The notes under the pieces: model-generated
The model's database searches: none
The model's input: only the letters and a program-made list of their open reading frames with translations
What the model was told of the DNA's origin: nothing
NCBI GenBank assembly: GCA_002269645.1
Contig: NIVC01003600.1
Location: 1-48,727, forward strand
DNA length: 48,727 nt
DNA from: Macrostomum lignano
Taxonomy: Eukaryota
Direction: 5' to 3'
Part shown: positions 37,351 through 48,727 of the stretch, in pieces
Numbering within the stretch: position 1 is the stretch's first letter
How the letters are laid out: each line of letters opens with the position of its first letter
Made by a program: the position numbers and the translations under genes

Positions 37351-40300
37351 CTGCGGAGAGATAAGTATAAAATAGCTACCATTGCGAAAAAACTAATTCA
37401 TATGCTTTAAAATACTACTATACACGTTCTTACCACCATATTTTTTGATTTGTTAAAATCGCTAAATTTTCTGTAAAAAAACTTTCTTAGAAATAATTAC
37501 GTTATAAACCAGTAAGAACACACAAGTTTAAAAACAATTATCATACTCATAAGTGTACATGAAGTTATCTTAGTATCTGTCTCAATTTATTTGTTATATT
37601 ACACTTATTTTTGTCTTGGTAGGTTTCATATGGCGCAGTTTTTTGTTTTGAAGTATATATTTATCACTTCCGATTTAAAACTTATGTAGGCAAAAGTACT
37701 TTAGCACACTAAATTCCCAATATCTTATCTTTTGCGCATTCAAATTACAACTCTCAAAGCTATCACGTTGTAAACTTTTTCAAAGCAATTTCAGCTGCCC
37801 TTTTCTTTTTAGTGTGTTTTAGTGGAACTATTAAATTCTTGAAAATCCTCATTTATAATGCTATACAAAAGCCTTTGGCGTAATTTAGGGCGCCAGCACC
37901 AAGGAGCGCCAGCACCAAGGGGCTTTAGCACCAAGGGGCGCCAGCACCAAGGGGCTTTAGCACCAAGGGGCTTTAGCACCAAGGGGCTTTAGCACCAAGG
38001 GGCTTTAGCACCAAGGGGCTTTAGCACCAAGGGGCTTTAGCACCAAGGGGCTTTAGCACCAAGGGGCGCCAGCACCAAGGGGCGCCAGCACCAAGGGGCG
38101 CCAGCACCAAGGGGCGCCAGCACCAAGGGGCACCAGCACCAAGGGGCGCTAGCGAGCACTAGAAACTCCAGCTCACCTGTAGCACTGCCAGTGCCGCTGC
38201 GCCTGCTGTAGGAGGAGGCGGCATCGTCTCCGGAGCCTTGCTGGCTCCTCGAATTGCTTCTTGGGCGCGGTCGGCGTTGCGGGATGTCGTCTTCCTTGCC
38301 AAGGTCGTCGCGGTTCCGGCTGCCACTGGTACGTCTGTTCCGGAATCTCCCACTATCAAAGCTGTCCCTGTCGTAATCACTATTGCTGTCCATGGCCTGT
38401 CGTCGTTGCTGCGGTTTTGGTGGCGTCGGGGACTCTTGGCGCTGCTGCCGCTGCTGTCTGTCGCGATTCAAATAATCTTGTCGAGCTTTGTGACCTCGGA
38501 GTACCGACTGCAGCTTTGTCACGGCCTGGAGGAATGTGATTAATGTGTATTAATGTGAGAGCCTTAGAGAATTAAGGGGGCCCACAGACAGACCGAGTTG
38601 TCCACCAATAGACAGGGTTTTACAAGAGACAGGGTTTTCCAACAAGAGACAGGGTTTTCCAACAAGAGACAGGGTGTCCACCAAGAGACAGGGTGTCCAC
38701 CAAGAGACAGGGTTGTCCACTAAGAGACAGGGTTGTCCACCAAGAGACAGGGTTATCCACCAAGAGACGGGGTTGTCCGCCAAGAGACAGGGTTGTCCGC
38801 CAAGAGACAGGGTTTTCCAACAAGAGATAGGGTTGTCCAACAAGAGACAGGGTTGTCTGCCAAGAGCAGGGTTGTCCACCAAGAGACAGGGTTGTCCACC
38901 AAGAGACAGGGTTGTCCACCAAGAAACAGGGGCGCCCACCAAGAGAGGGTTGTCCACCAAGAGACAGGGTTGTCCACCAAGAGACAGGGGCGCCCACCAA
39001 GAGAGGGTTGTCCGCCAAGAGACAGGGTTTTCCAAAAAGAGACAGGGTTGTCCACCAAGAGACAGGGTTTTCCACCAAGAGACAGGGTTGTCCACCAAGA
39101 GACAGGGTTGTCCACCAAGAGGCAGGGTTGTCCACCAAGAAAGGAAGGCCAGAGAATAGACGTCAGAAAATGGATTTTTAAAAATATTATGAACTTACAG
39201 CATCTTCTTGCATTCGATTTCTGAAAGAGAAAAAAGGTGGAAAGATTTCTTTAAAGCAAAAAATTATTGTACACAATACGAAACCTCATTAAGTGAAACT
39301 ATAGTAAGTTGTAGTTGTACTTTTTTTAGCTCGATTTCTATTGATAATTTATACATTTTATCAAAGGTAATTGAGTACGAGTTCGTTAAGTTCCACAGAC
39401 CCAGGTCCCTGGTTTTATATTTAATTTATTAACTATTGTCGATGTTGACAACCCTCACTATCTCCTATGTACATTGAGAAGCCTTCTTATCTCTGATGTA
39501 CATTGACAAGCCTCCCTATCTCAAATGTACATTCACAAACCTCCTTATCACCAATGTACGCTCGTACATTGACAAGCCTCTCTATCGCCAATGTACATTG
39601 ACAAGCCTCTCTATCGCCAATGTACATTGACAAGCCTCTCTATCGCCAATGTACATTGACAAGCCTCTCTATCGCCAATGTACATTGACAAGCCTCACTA
39701 TCTCATAGTTGATTGTACTATCTCAATGTTGATTCACAAGCCTCCTTCATGTACATCTGGTATCTCAATTTACGTCTCTCACCTGTCCTGTCGAACTGCG
39801 CCTCGTTTATTAGCATCCCTAGGCGGTGGCGACGCCTCCTTGCCGAAGTCGTTGCGTCGCGGCGACGGCGACGGAGCTCTAAAAGCGGCGGCGCCAGCGC
39901 CAGGGCCGCCTCCGGAGGCGCGCAGTTGATCGACCTCTTTAGATAGACCGGCGTTTTCAAAGTTTAACCGTTCGATGTCGCGTCTGTATAGAATAGTGAA
40001 TTTTTATTTAGAAACCATTCAGTTTAAAATTTCTTACTGCAATGTACATTGACAAGCCTCACTACTTCCATACTGTACAATGCCAAGCCTCTATCTCCTA
40101 TGTAAATTGACAAGCCTCCCTATCGCCAATGTACATTGACAAGCCTCCCTATCTCCAATGTACATTGACAAGCCTCCCTATCGCCAATGTACATTGACAA
40201 GCCTCCCTATCTCCAATGTGCAATGACAAGTCTCTATTTTAAATGTACATTGACAAGCCTCCCTATCGCCAATGCACATTGACAAGCCGATAATTAATGG

Positions 40301-43300
40301 CACACTCACTTTGCCTCCTGCAGCTGCAGTTTGTAAGAGTCCCGCTCCTCCATCAGACGCTTGTTAGCGTCCGTTCTAGCGGCCAGTTCGCTTAGCAGCT
40401 CGGTTTCCCGGCGATCCAGCAGCTCAAGTTTCTCGCGCACGTTACCAGTTAGGGATATTTTGCCTGGGTTTGGGATTCGAATAAAATATTGTACTCACCA
40501 TTCCACTCACTCTTAGCACGAACTCTGCGTCACTCTTCCTGTCACTCTCTGTTTCAATCTTCATGTCACTCTCTGCGTCACTCTCCAAAACGCTCTAAGT
40601 GTCACTCTCCGTGTCACTCTCCGTGTCACTCTCCGTGTCACTCTCCGTGTCACTCTCCGTGTCACTTTCCGTGTCACTCTCTGTGTCACTCTCCGTGTCA
40701 CTCTCCGTGTCACTCTCTGCGTCACTCTCCATGTCACCCTCCGTGTCACTCTCTGTGTCACTCTCTGCATCACCCTCCGTGTCACTCTCTGTGTCACTCT
40801 CCGAGTCACTCTCCGTGTCACTCTCCGTGTCACTCTCCGTGTCACTCTCCGTGTCGCTCCCCGTGTCACTCTCCGTGTCACTCCGTGTCACTCTCCGTGT
40901 CGCTCCCCGTGTCACTCTCCGTGTCACTCTCCGTGTCACTCTCCGTGTCACTCTAAGTGTCAGCCATTCTCCATTAAAAAGTTATGCTTTCTGTCCAGGT
41001 CTCATCTATTTTACTCCTATAAATCAAAAAAATTATTTTCATAAATCATTCCTAAAATAGACCAACACAATGTCTTAAAACCTGTTGTCTCACTTTTAAC
41101 AATATCTTCGCTGCCGATGGGAGCCACTCGAAGACGGTCGTTCTCTTGTTCGAGTGTTCGAATCTTGCTTAGCAACTGATTGCGGTTCATATCGCGGTAG
41201 GATTCTGCAACAGACGATGTTGATGATTAATGTTTATTTTGAGTCAAGCTGCCTTTTCACTAGTACTCATTATTGAATTCTCTAGATGATTCTAAATATT
41301 TATTCAATCTGAATCTTGTACACCCCTTTCCGAATCCTGTACACCTTATCCTAAATCCTGTACAACTCACTAATTTTTTTACACCTCATCCTGAATCTTG
41401 TACACCTCATCCTGAATCTTGTACACCTTACCCTGTATCTTGTACACCTCATCCTGAATCTTGTACACTTCATCCTGAATATTGTACACCTCATCCTAAA
41501 TCTTGAACACCTCATCCTGAATCTTGTACACCTCATCCTGAATCTTGTACACTTCATCCTGAATCTTGTACACTTCATCCTGAATATTGTACACCTCATC
41601 CTAAATCTTGAACACCTCATCCTGAATCTTGTACACCTCATCCTGAATCTTGTACACTTCATCCTGAATATTGTACACCTCATCCTAAATCTTGTACACC
41701 TTACCCTGTATCTTGTACACCTCATCCTGAATATTGTACACTTCATCCTGAATATTGTACACCTCATCCTGAATTTCGTACACCTAGTTCTGAATCTTGT
41801 ACACCTTGTACAGAACCTTGTATATGTAATCCTAAAACTTGTACATCACATCTTGAATCTTGCACACCTCATCCTGGTTCTTGTACCTATCCTGAATCTT
41901 TCACCCGATCCTAAACCCTACTTTTCTGTATAAATATTTTTTCTTATTAATTTTCAGATGCCATACGCTACTGCAGCAGCTAATAAAGTCAGCAGTAAAA
42001 TTCTGTAGAAATAAAAAGCTAACCCGGAATCGCTGTGGTGCCTTCCAACTCGTCCAGCTGTTCCTGCAGCGAAGCTTCAGATTTTTTCAGCTGGGCATTC
42101 TCGGCGGCCAGGGCGTTCTTCTGGTCCGTCACCTTGCGCAGCGTCGCTGTCAGGGCGTCCAACTTTTGAGCGGTCTTTTTCGGCATCTGCTCCTGGAGTG
42201 TCGAGAGGCGCGAAAATAATGGGTGCGGTTAAATAGAGGCCGGGGTGTCGAGAAAGTCGGCGGCGCTAGAATAGGGTGTCAGATGGCGCTAGAATAAGGG
42301 TGTCAGATGGCGCTAGAATAAGGGTGTCAGATGGCGCTAAAATAGGGTTTCAGATGGCGCTAGAATAGGGTGTCAGATCGCGCTAGAATAGGGTTTCAGA
42401 TGGCGCTAGAATAGGGTGTCAGATCGCGCTAGAATAGAGTGTCAGATGGCGCTAGAATAGGGTTTCAGCTGGCGCTAGAATAGGGTGTCAGATGGCGCTA
42501 GAATAGGGTTTCAGCTGGCGCTAGAATAGGGTGTCAGATGGCGCTAAATAGGGTCTCAAATGGCGCTAGAATAGGGTGTCAGATGGCGCTAGAAAAGGAT
42601 GTCAGATGGCGCTAAAATAGGGTATCAGATATCATTAGAATAGGTTGTCAGTTGGCGCTAGAACAGGGCGTCAGATGTCGCTAAGTCGGCGGTAAAATAA
42701 CGCCGTAATATATTGTCAGTTGGCAGGCAATTAAAACATCTGCAGGCGCCAAAAGTGTCAGGTGTCAAGAGGCGCCGAAATCGGAGTGTCAGATGACACC
42801 AAAGCAGGGCGTCACTCTCTCCACTCCGAAAGAGTGCCGTGGGACTTAAAAATGGCGCTTGTTAAGAGCTGACAATTTAAAATAACTCCGCAACAATGCA
42901 TCAATTTGGTTAACCTAGAATTATTAAAGTTATTTACACAACATATCGGTAAAACCTACCTGATCAATGCCGGCTCCACCTGGCTGCTCATTTGAGTACA
43001 GCACGTCCGCTGGATTGGCGCTGCGCAGCCTCACAATCTCCTTGTACAGCACTTCTAATTGGGTCTTCATTTCGGCAGTCTTTGTCACTTTCATATCGCT
43101 TTGAAGTTTGTTTAAAGCTGACTCTTTGTCTCTCAGCTGCTGTTCGAGTTTGAAGATTCGCTGCTTCAAACTCTGCACTACCAGGGCGGATTCGCCGTTT
43201 TTATCAGCCAGAGCCCGTCTGAGTTCGGCGTTTTTTGTCGGATCGAACAGACTCTCCAGCTGCTTCTCGCGCTTCTGGTAGTCTTCTTCTAGGCGACGGT

Positions 43301-45295
43301 TCTTTGACTTCATCGAGCTCATCTCCGCGCGGAGGGCTTTGAGTTCCTGTGTTTAAATTTTAATTTATTTGTGTTTTTTAGGACGCAAGATTCACAAGGA
43401 CATTTGGAAGTGGGATCTAGAAGAGACTGTCTGAAGGACACTGGGAAGTGGGATCTAGAGACTGTCTGAAGGACACTGGGAAGTGGGATCTAGAGACTTT
43501 CTGGTGGACACTGGGAAGTGGGATCTGGAGACTTTCTGGTGGACACTGGGAAGTGGGATCTGGAGACTTTCTGAAAGGACACTGAGAAGTGGGATCTAGA
43601 GACTGATGGACAATGGGAAGTGAGATCTAGAGACTGTCTGATGGACAGTGGGAAGTGGGATCTAGAGACTGATGGACACTGGGAAGTGGGAAGTGGGATC
43701 TAGAGACTGAAGGACACTGGGAAGTGGGATCTAGAGACTGAAGGACACTGGAAAGCGGGATCTAGAGACTTTCTGAAAGGACACTGGGAAGTGGGATCTA
43801 GAGACTGATGGACACTGGGAAGTGGGATCTAGAGACTGTCTGATGGACAGTGGGAAGTGGGATCTAGAGACTGAAGGACACTAAGAAGTGGGATCTAGAG
43901 ACTGAAGGACACTAAGAAGTGGGATCTAGAGACTGAAGGACACTGGAAAGCGGGATCTAGAGACTGTCTGATGGACAGTGGGAAGTGGGATCTAGAGACT
44001 GAAGGACACTAAGAAGTGGGATCTAGAGACTATCTGCTGGAGCTCACCCGTTTCAAAGCGATGACCTCATCATAGTACTCCTCGGCAGACTTGTAGTTCG
44101 GTCGGCCGGTGAGTCCGCCAGAGGCTTTGCCTGCAGCGGCGGAGTCTGGGCGCGGGGTGACCTTCTCTGTACCGGCCACCTGTCTGAGGTAGTGCGACGT
44201 ACTCAAATAGCCAACATCTTTTTGGCCGCTGAGTTTCAAGTTGGTGAAACCGGTTGGATCCAACTGCTGGCCTAGTGAGCCTTTGTTCGCACCTGTGGCG
44301 GGTTTTTGAGCACAACATTTTTTGCATTTTGTAAACTTTATAATATAATTTCTATCTGGTATCTTTTTTAAATAAACACACGCATAAACAGCTCTTATCT
44401 TAGATTTTATCTTTTAGGATAATTCGGGGCTCTCGATAGGCACCAGAGACATCTTTTTGGAATCAGAGACACCAATTAGACACCAGAGACACTCATTAGA
44501 CACCAGAGACGCCAATTAGACACCAGAGACACTTACTATACACCAGAGACACTCATTAGACACCATAGACACTCATTAGACACCAGAGACACTCATTAGA
44601 CACCAGAGACACTCATTAGACACCAGAGACACTCATTAGACACCAGAAACACTCATTAGACACCAGAGACACCAATTAGACACCAGAGACACTTACTATA
44701 CACCAGAGACACTCATTAGACACCAGAAACACTCATTAGACACCAAAGACACACTCATTAGACACCAGAGACACTCATTAGACACCAAAGACACACTCAT
44801 TAGACACCAGAGACACTCATTAGACACCAGAAACACTTATTAGGCACCAAAGACACTCATTAGACACCAGAGACACTCATTAGACACCAGACACACTCAT
44901 TAGACACCAAAGACACACTCATTAGACACCAAAGACACTCATTAGACACCAGAGACACTCATTGACCAGAGACTCATTAGACACCAGAAACACTCATTAG
45001 ACACCAGAGACACATATCAGAGAGGATCCAATTTTCTAACTAAAGTTTCGCTTCTCCCTAAAGTGCTCAAGACGTTTACTGACCTTACAGTATTATTTAT
45101 ATTACACTGACATTTTATTGTTGGAATCAATCTTAAGAATTTTCAGTAGTGGGTGTTTGACAACAAAATGGATAACTTTTTATTAGTCAGCTCACCAGTT
45201 CCAGTTTTGCCCTCCTTCATGGCCAGCAACCAGAGCTGCCTGCTCGATGGATCAGTCGACTTTGGACGGGGTGCTTTCTTGCGCTTTGAATCCAT
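37232..45295 (-). CDS. IQCE: IQ domain-containing protein E, 10 exons, 618 aa
   Basis: Exons join in phase: 1857 nt ending [67 protein letters not shown] resemble IQCE; IQ motif [15 protein letters not shown]. Confidence 0.88.
37888..38150. repeat. 16-bp minisatellite GCACCAAGGGGC(TTT/GCC)A (IQCE intron 9)
   Basis: two variant blocks. Confidence 0.96.
38177..38525 (-). CDS. IQCE: IQCE exon 9 (IQ motif)
   Basis: ctccag/gtgagc; [15 protein letters not shown]. Confidence 0.9.
38595..39140. repeat. 20-bp minisatellite CCACCAAGAGACAGGGTTGT (IQCE intron 8)
   Basis: visible tandem units. Confidence 0.96.
39199..39220 (-). CDS. IQCE: IQCE exon 8 (22-nt microexon, RNRMQEDA)
   Basis: ttttttctctttcag/gtaagt; required to convert phase 2 to phase 0 before the IQ exon. 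Confidence 0.8.
39455..39740. repeat. 29-bp minisatellite AATGTACATTGACAAGCCTCTCTATCGCC (IQCE intron 7)
   Basis: visible tandem units. Confidence 0.93.
39783..39983 (-). CDS. IQCE: IQCE exon 7
   Basis: atacag/gtgaga; [21 protein letters not shown]; 201 nt, phase 2-2. Confidence 0.82.
40040..40290. repeat. 29-bp minisatellite AATGTACATTGACAAGCCTCCCTATCGCC (IQCE intron 6)
   Basis: same family as intron 7. Confidence 0.93.
40310..40463 (-). CDS. IQCE: IQCE exon 6
   Basis: acccag/gtgagt; LDRRETELL. Confidence 0.86.
40525..40955. repeat. 12-bp minisatellite GTCACTCTCCGT (IQCE intron 5)
   Basis: visible tandem units. Confidence 0.96.
41094..41204 (-). CDS. IQCE: IQCE exon 5
   Basis: ttgcag/gtgaga; [17 protein letters not shown]. 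Confidence 0.88.
41310..41890. repeat. 21-bp minisatellite TGTACACCTCATCCTGAATCT (IQCE intron 4)
   Basis: visible tandem units. Confidence 0.95.
42024..42192 (-). CDS. IQCE: IQCE exon 4
   Basis: ctccag/gttagc; [27 protein letters not shown]. Confidence 0.88.
42260..42665. repeat. 23-bp minisatellite AGATGGCGCTAGAATAGGGTGTC (IQCE intron 3)
   Basis: visible tandem units. Confidence 0.95.
42960..43346 (-). CDS. IQCE: IQCE exon 3
   Basis: acacag/gtaggt; conserved coiled coil. Confidence 0.92.
43395..44030. repeat. About 31-bp minisatellite GGACACTGGGAAGTGGGATCTAGAGACTGAA (IQCE intron 2)
   Basis: visible tandem units. Confidence 0.95.
44048..44292 (-). CDS. IQCE: IQCE exon 2
   Basis: ccacag/gtgagc; [12 protein letters not shown]. 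Confidence 0.88.
44440..45012. repeat. 20-bp minisatellite ACACCAGAGACACTCATTAG (IQCE intron 1)
   Basis: visible tandem units. Confidence 0.96.
45196..45295 (-). CDS. IQCE: IQCE exon 1
   Basis: cttcag|ATG; donor gtgagc; phase 1. Confidence 0.75.
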
Positions 45296-46430
45296 CTGAA
45301 GTGTCAATAAAAAATTTATTGAATAAATCACAGCAAAACAAAAGTCATGTTTTAAAATGATAAAGTGAGACAAAAGATAAAACATATAATATAAAAAGAC
45401 AAAATGATAAAACTAGCTCTTAATTTGAGTTAAATATTTTCATTTTTTATAGAAATAACTAGTTTAAATAGGTTTTTTTTTCATTTTGGAGCATTTTAAT
45501 CAACATGTTCTAATTAGTCAATTAAAAACAATACTGCTGATTTGAATGAATGAATTGAAAGTTGTGCATTTTGAATCTAATCATATTTCTACTCCAAATA
45601 TAAAAAGTTAATTTTAAAAAGCTATACTGTTGGTTTCATGCTTTACTGGCTTGACTTTACTTAATTACCCGATTGGTAAAAATCTGATAAAACTATTAAC
45701 AACAGTCTTGTTACAGTTAAAACATTAGATAGAATGACAGTTGCAAATGTCAAACCAGGAGCCAAATATGAATTTATTTAAGAAAAGTATTAAGGTCTTT
45801 TGTTTTTGAGCTAAACTATGCAAGCTGTCTGCCAGTGGGTTGCGCTTGCGCAATATTTCTCAATAGATAGAAGTAACATATGAAAACAACATAAATAGGA
45901 ATGGTTGTAAGATAAGAAAACTCTACGCATTATTCCCAGCGTTTGCTAATTTTTTGAAACTAATGAAAACTTGTTGTTTGAAAGAAGTAAAGAAGCGATT
46001 CGTTAATTAACAAATAACAATAACAATGTAGATGAAGAACACATGCACGCCGTCGCCCACACAAACCATTAACGTAGAAAAAATGTCGAATTCTTAAAAT
46101 CAAAAGTTATTTCAGTAGCATTATTTACCGTGGGTTTTTGTGCCAATTAGCTAAATGATACCAAAACTTTAGCAAGAACAAAATAAAAAGCTGAGCTTAG
46201 TCTTTTTGCTGCTGGTTTTGCTTTGTCAATTTTAAAACCTGAGGAGTTTGTTTAAATCTTTAACAAACTTATTGTCGACGGGTTTATATACATACATTTT
46301 CTTGAGTTTAGTTTACTGTTTAGTTAACTAACTGATTTTTAGCTACATTTTCTTAGCTTTATCTTTCAAGTAAAAGGACTTAAAGCCTAAACTTGTGCAT
46401 TAATGAATTTGAGTGAATAAAGCATTGCAT

Positions 46431-46745
46431 GATGATCCAGAACTAGAAATCAGCTTCTACTTGCAGCAGCTGTCAGCTCGTGCTCTTTGTCAACAATTTC
46501 TATTCGAGCCCACCCCTCAGCGTCTTGGAGCAGAAACTAATACTTTATAGTACCTCAACCTCTTGAAACAGAAGGCAGCCCAAGCAATGACGAAGAGGCC
46601 ACAGATCCTATCAGATATCTATTCGTCGGCAGATATATTATACCGACATCGCTGACATCAGAGAAGTTTCTAATTCGTTGTCTCAATTCTCGCTGCCTCA
46701 ATGCCGTCCGCTACGCAGAGCACGTCGACAAACCAGTCACGTCCA
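46431..46745 (+). pseudogene. Degenerate hAT transposase C-terminal dimerisation-domain remnant
   Basis: DDPELEISFYL ... GRYIIPTSLTSEKF ... RCL..AEHVDK resembles KYLxIPATSVPSERxF..RxxLxPEHVD. Confidence 0.4.
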
Positions 46746-47469
46746 GCTGTTGTAGTGCGCCATAGATTGTTGAGCTGCATGAGGGCTGATGACATATGCA
46801 GCAGCTACCGTGTAAGCGTACGTAGTCCATGAAAACGTTAATCGAGCTTCCACTTCACTTGGAGTCACTATTTACAGGTACATGTTTATTCAGATGTAAG
46901 AAGGCATGTTAGATAAATTTTACTACATTCACGTAATTTATTAACGTAATTTTTTACATAGCATCTAATACATGTATGATTGCAGTTGAATCGTTTCGTT
47001 TCAAAATCGAAAAATTAATAAATCTACATGTACTACAGTATCCTGCCGAATATTGCTATTGAAATTAATTTACAGCAATTTGCAAATTTCGCACAAAAAA
47101 GATATTCTCCATGAAGATTAAGTAGGCATGAGTTACATGTACACAGATTCCAACGAACTTCATATCAGGCATCTAATTGTACACGAAATTACATCCTACT
47201 ATACGAGTATATAGCTCTCGTATCAGCTCGAGAAACTATTCGACACGCCCAAAAAAAAACTATATTTTAGCTATTCGAGCAAATGCTGTACGTTTTATAC
47301 AGCAGTAGGGAGTATATAGTCAGATAGAGCCAAGACAAAAGGGTAAGAGACAATATGAGACACTGTGTACTGGCTCAATGCCAGTTATAGTGAAAACACG
47401 TCAGCGGCCGACTAATGCATAAATAGAAAAAAAACTGCAATTCATGAACAGTATACAGACGCTCAACTG

Positions 47470-48175
47470 AAGTGGCGTAAGCATGCAAGAGTTTCAATAA
47501 GAGGGGCCGACTATATTTGGTGTCTTGGTGCCTCTATCTTATAGGGCGGGCGCTCCTAGCTGTCTTTTGGTTGATATCTCTTGGTGGGCGCTCCTGTCTC
47601 TTGGTGTACAACCCTCCCTCTTGGTGGACAACCCTGTCTCTTGGTGGACAACCCTGTCTCTTGGTGGACAACCCTGTCTTTTGGGGGACAACCCGTCTCT
47701 TAATGGATAACCCTGTCTCTGGGGGACAACCCTGTCTCTTAGTGGATAACCCTGTCTCTTGGGGACAACCCTGTCTCTTGGTGGATAACCCTGTCTCTTG
47801 GGGGACAACCCTGTCTCTTGGTGGATAACCCTGTCTCTTGGTGGAAACCCTGTCTCTGGTGGATAACCCTGTCTCTTGGGGGACAACCCTGTCTCTTGGG
47901 GGACAACCCTGTCTCTTGGGGGACAACCCTGTCTTTTGGTAGGCGCCCTGTCTCTTGGGGGACAACCCTGTCTCTGGCGTGGGCGCCCCTGTCCCTAGGT
48001 GGTCGGTACCTAAAGCTGCTGCATGCCACGTAAAAAAGGTGGCAAAATTTGGAGCTCCTGTCACTTTGGTCGAGCGCTTGCTTTGGTTTGCCTCTTTCAT
48101 TTAGCTTTTTGTGGGGGCGATTGGGGTGGTCGCGACCCCCCCTCTCCCTGCGCCTCCACTCTGAGAACGCCACTG
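47470..48175. mobile_element. Non-autonomous hAT-like element (MITE, 706 bp) with an internal minisatellite
   Basis: termini (a)AGTGGCGT..ACGCCACTG; 8-bp TSD CTCAACTG/CTCAACGG (7 of 8 match). Confidence 0.7.
47575..47990. repeat. 20-bp minisatellite ACAACCCTGTCTCTTGGTGG inside the MITE
   Basis: reverse complement of the IQCE intron 8 unit. Confidence 0.95.
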
Positions 48176-48572
48176 CTCAACGGCCCCGATGCTGCCCTCA
48201 CGCCTGCGCTACTGCACTACCGAATGAAGAACCCACTGTTCTGCCGCAGTATTAGGTACGATGATGTCGTACACAAATGCCCAATAAAGCACTTCGTCAG
48301 AAGGCGATTCAGTGCAGGAGTTTCTCTTGCTACAACTTCTAATCCACCACTGCCGCAGCTACCTGAAATTTTTTCATCTCATTCTCTTTTCTTAAAAGAG
48401 AGAGAGACAGACAGAAAAAAGGAAGGCAAACTATTCGACTACAAGGCAAGGTGGTTGGCCACCCTCTGCGGCTGCTTAAGGTCATAAGGAATAAGAAAAC
48501 GATAGAATTAAATTGTACCGACTGTTGCACAGAAATAGATTATAATTTAATTTCATTTTAGCTATATCGGAA

Positions 48573-48621
48573 ATGTTGCCGCAACTAATTGCTAATCTGC
48601 TGCTTCTGCTGGTCTGCCCAG
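48573..48621 (+). CDS. Possible first coding exon (signal peptide MLPQLIANLLLLLVCP) of a secreted or membrane protein continuing beyond the window
   Basis: acceptor tttcattttag at 48561; hydrophobic stretch; phase-1 donor CAG|gtgcga; a repeat starts at 48669 as in other introns. Confidence 0.4.
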
Positions 48622-48668
48622 GTGCGAACGAGTTCGTTTGTTATACACACTTGTACTGATTCGTTTTG

Positions 48669-48727
48669 ACACTACTCTACTGCCTACTCTACCTCCACCC
48701 TGACACTACTTCTACTGCCTACTCTAC
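48669..48727. repeat. Start of an about 35-bp tandem repeat GACACTACTCTACTGCCTACTCTACCTCCACCCT
   Basis: under two copies before the window ends. Confidence 0.6.

Noticed and set aside
39718-39960. ORF-track peptide MKTPVYLKR... as a gene or as IQCE exon 7
   Set aside because: Wrong frame; the phase-consistent exon reads [21 protein letters not shown].
40493-40955. Extra IQCE exon from the SDTE/VTRR repeat, or a 12-nt microexon before the tandem gtgagt motifs at 40493-40510
   Set aside because: The phase-1 join at the only plausible acceptor gives TGA at once, the microexon lacks a pyrimidine tract, and exons 5 and 6 already join in frame.

Overview
Eukaryotic (animal) genomic DNA. The gene style and repeat load fit a free-living flatworm such as Macrostomum (inference). 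Three genes are clear. (1) The 5' half of TRRAP/Tra1 on the minus strand: 18 phase-consistent exons giving 2010 codons, plus a 19th exon that appears frameshifted; the gene runs off the left edge. (2) An intronless HSBP1-like gene on the plus strand with a long N-terminal extension. (3) A complete 10-exon IQCE on the minus strand (618 aa). A possible signal-peptide exon of a fourth gene lies at the right edge. The dominant unexplained pattern is that every intron over 300 bp, except the one holding a mariner, is filled by a tandem repeat that is mostly specific to that intron, while about 14 kb of intergenic DNA has none. Mobile elements: an intact DD34D mariner in TRRAP intron 12; a decayed RTE LINE interrupted by a solo LTR and a truncated RNase H LINE, both with TSDs; and a hAT-type MITE carrying the same minisatellite as IQCE intron 8. 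Exon boundaries were derived by hand from GT/AG sites, phase continuity and remembered homology; no database searches were run.
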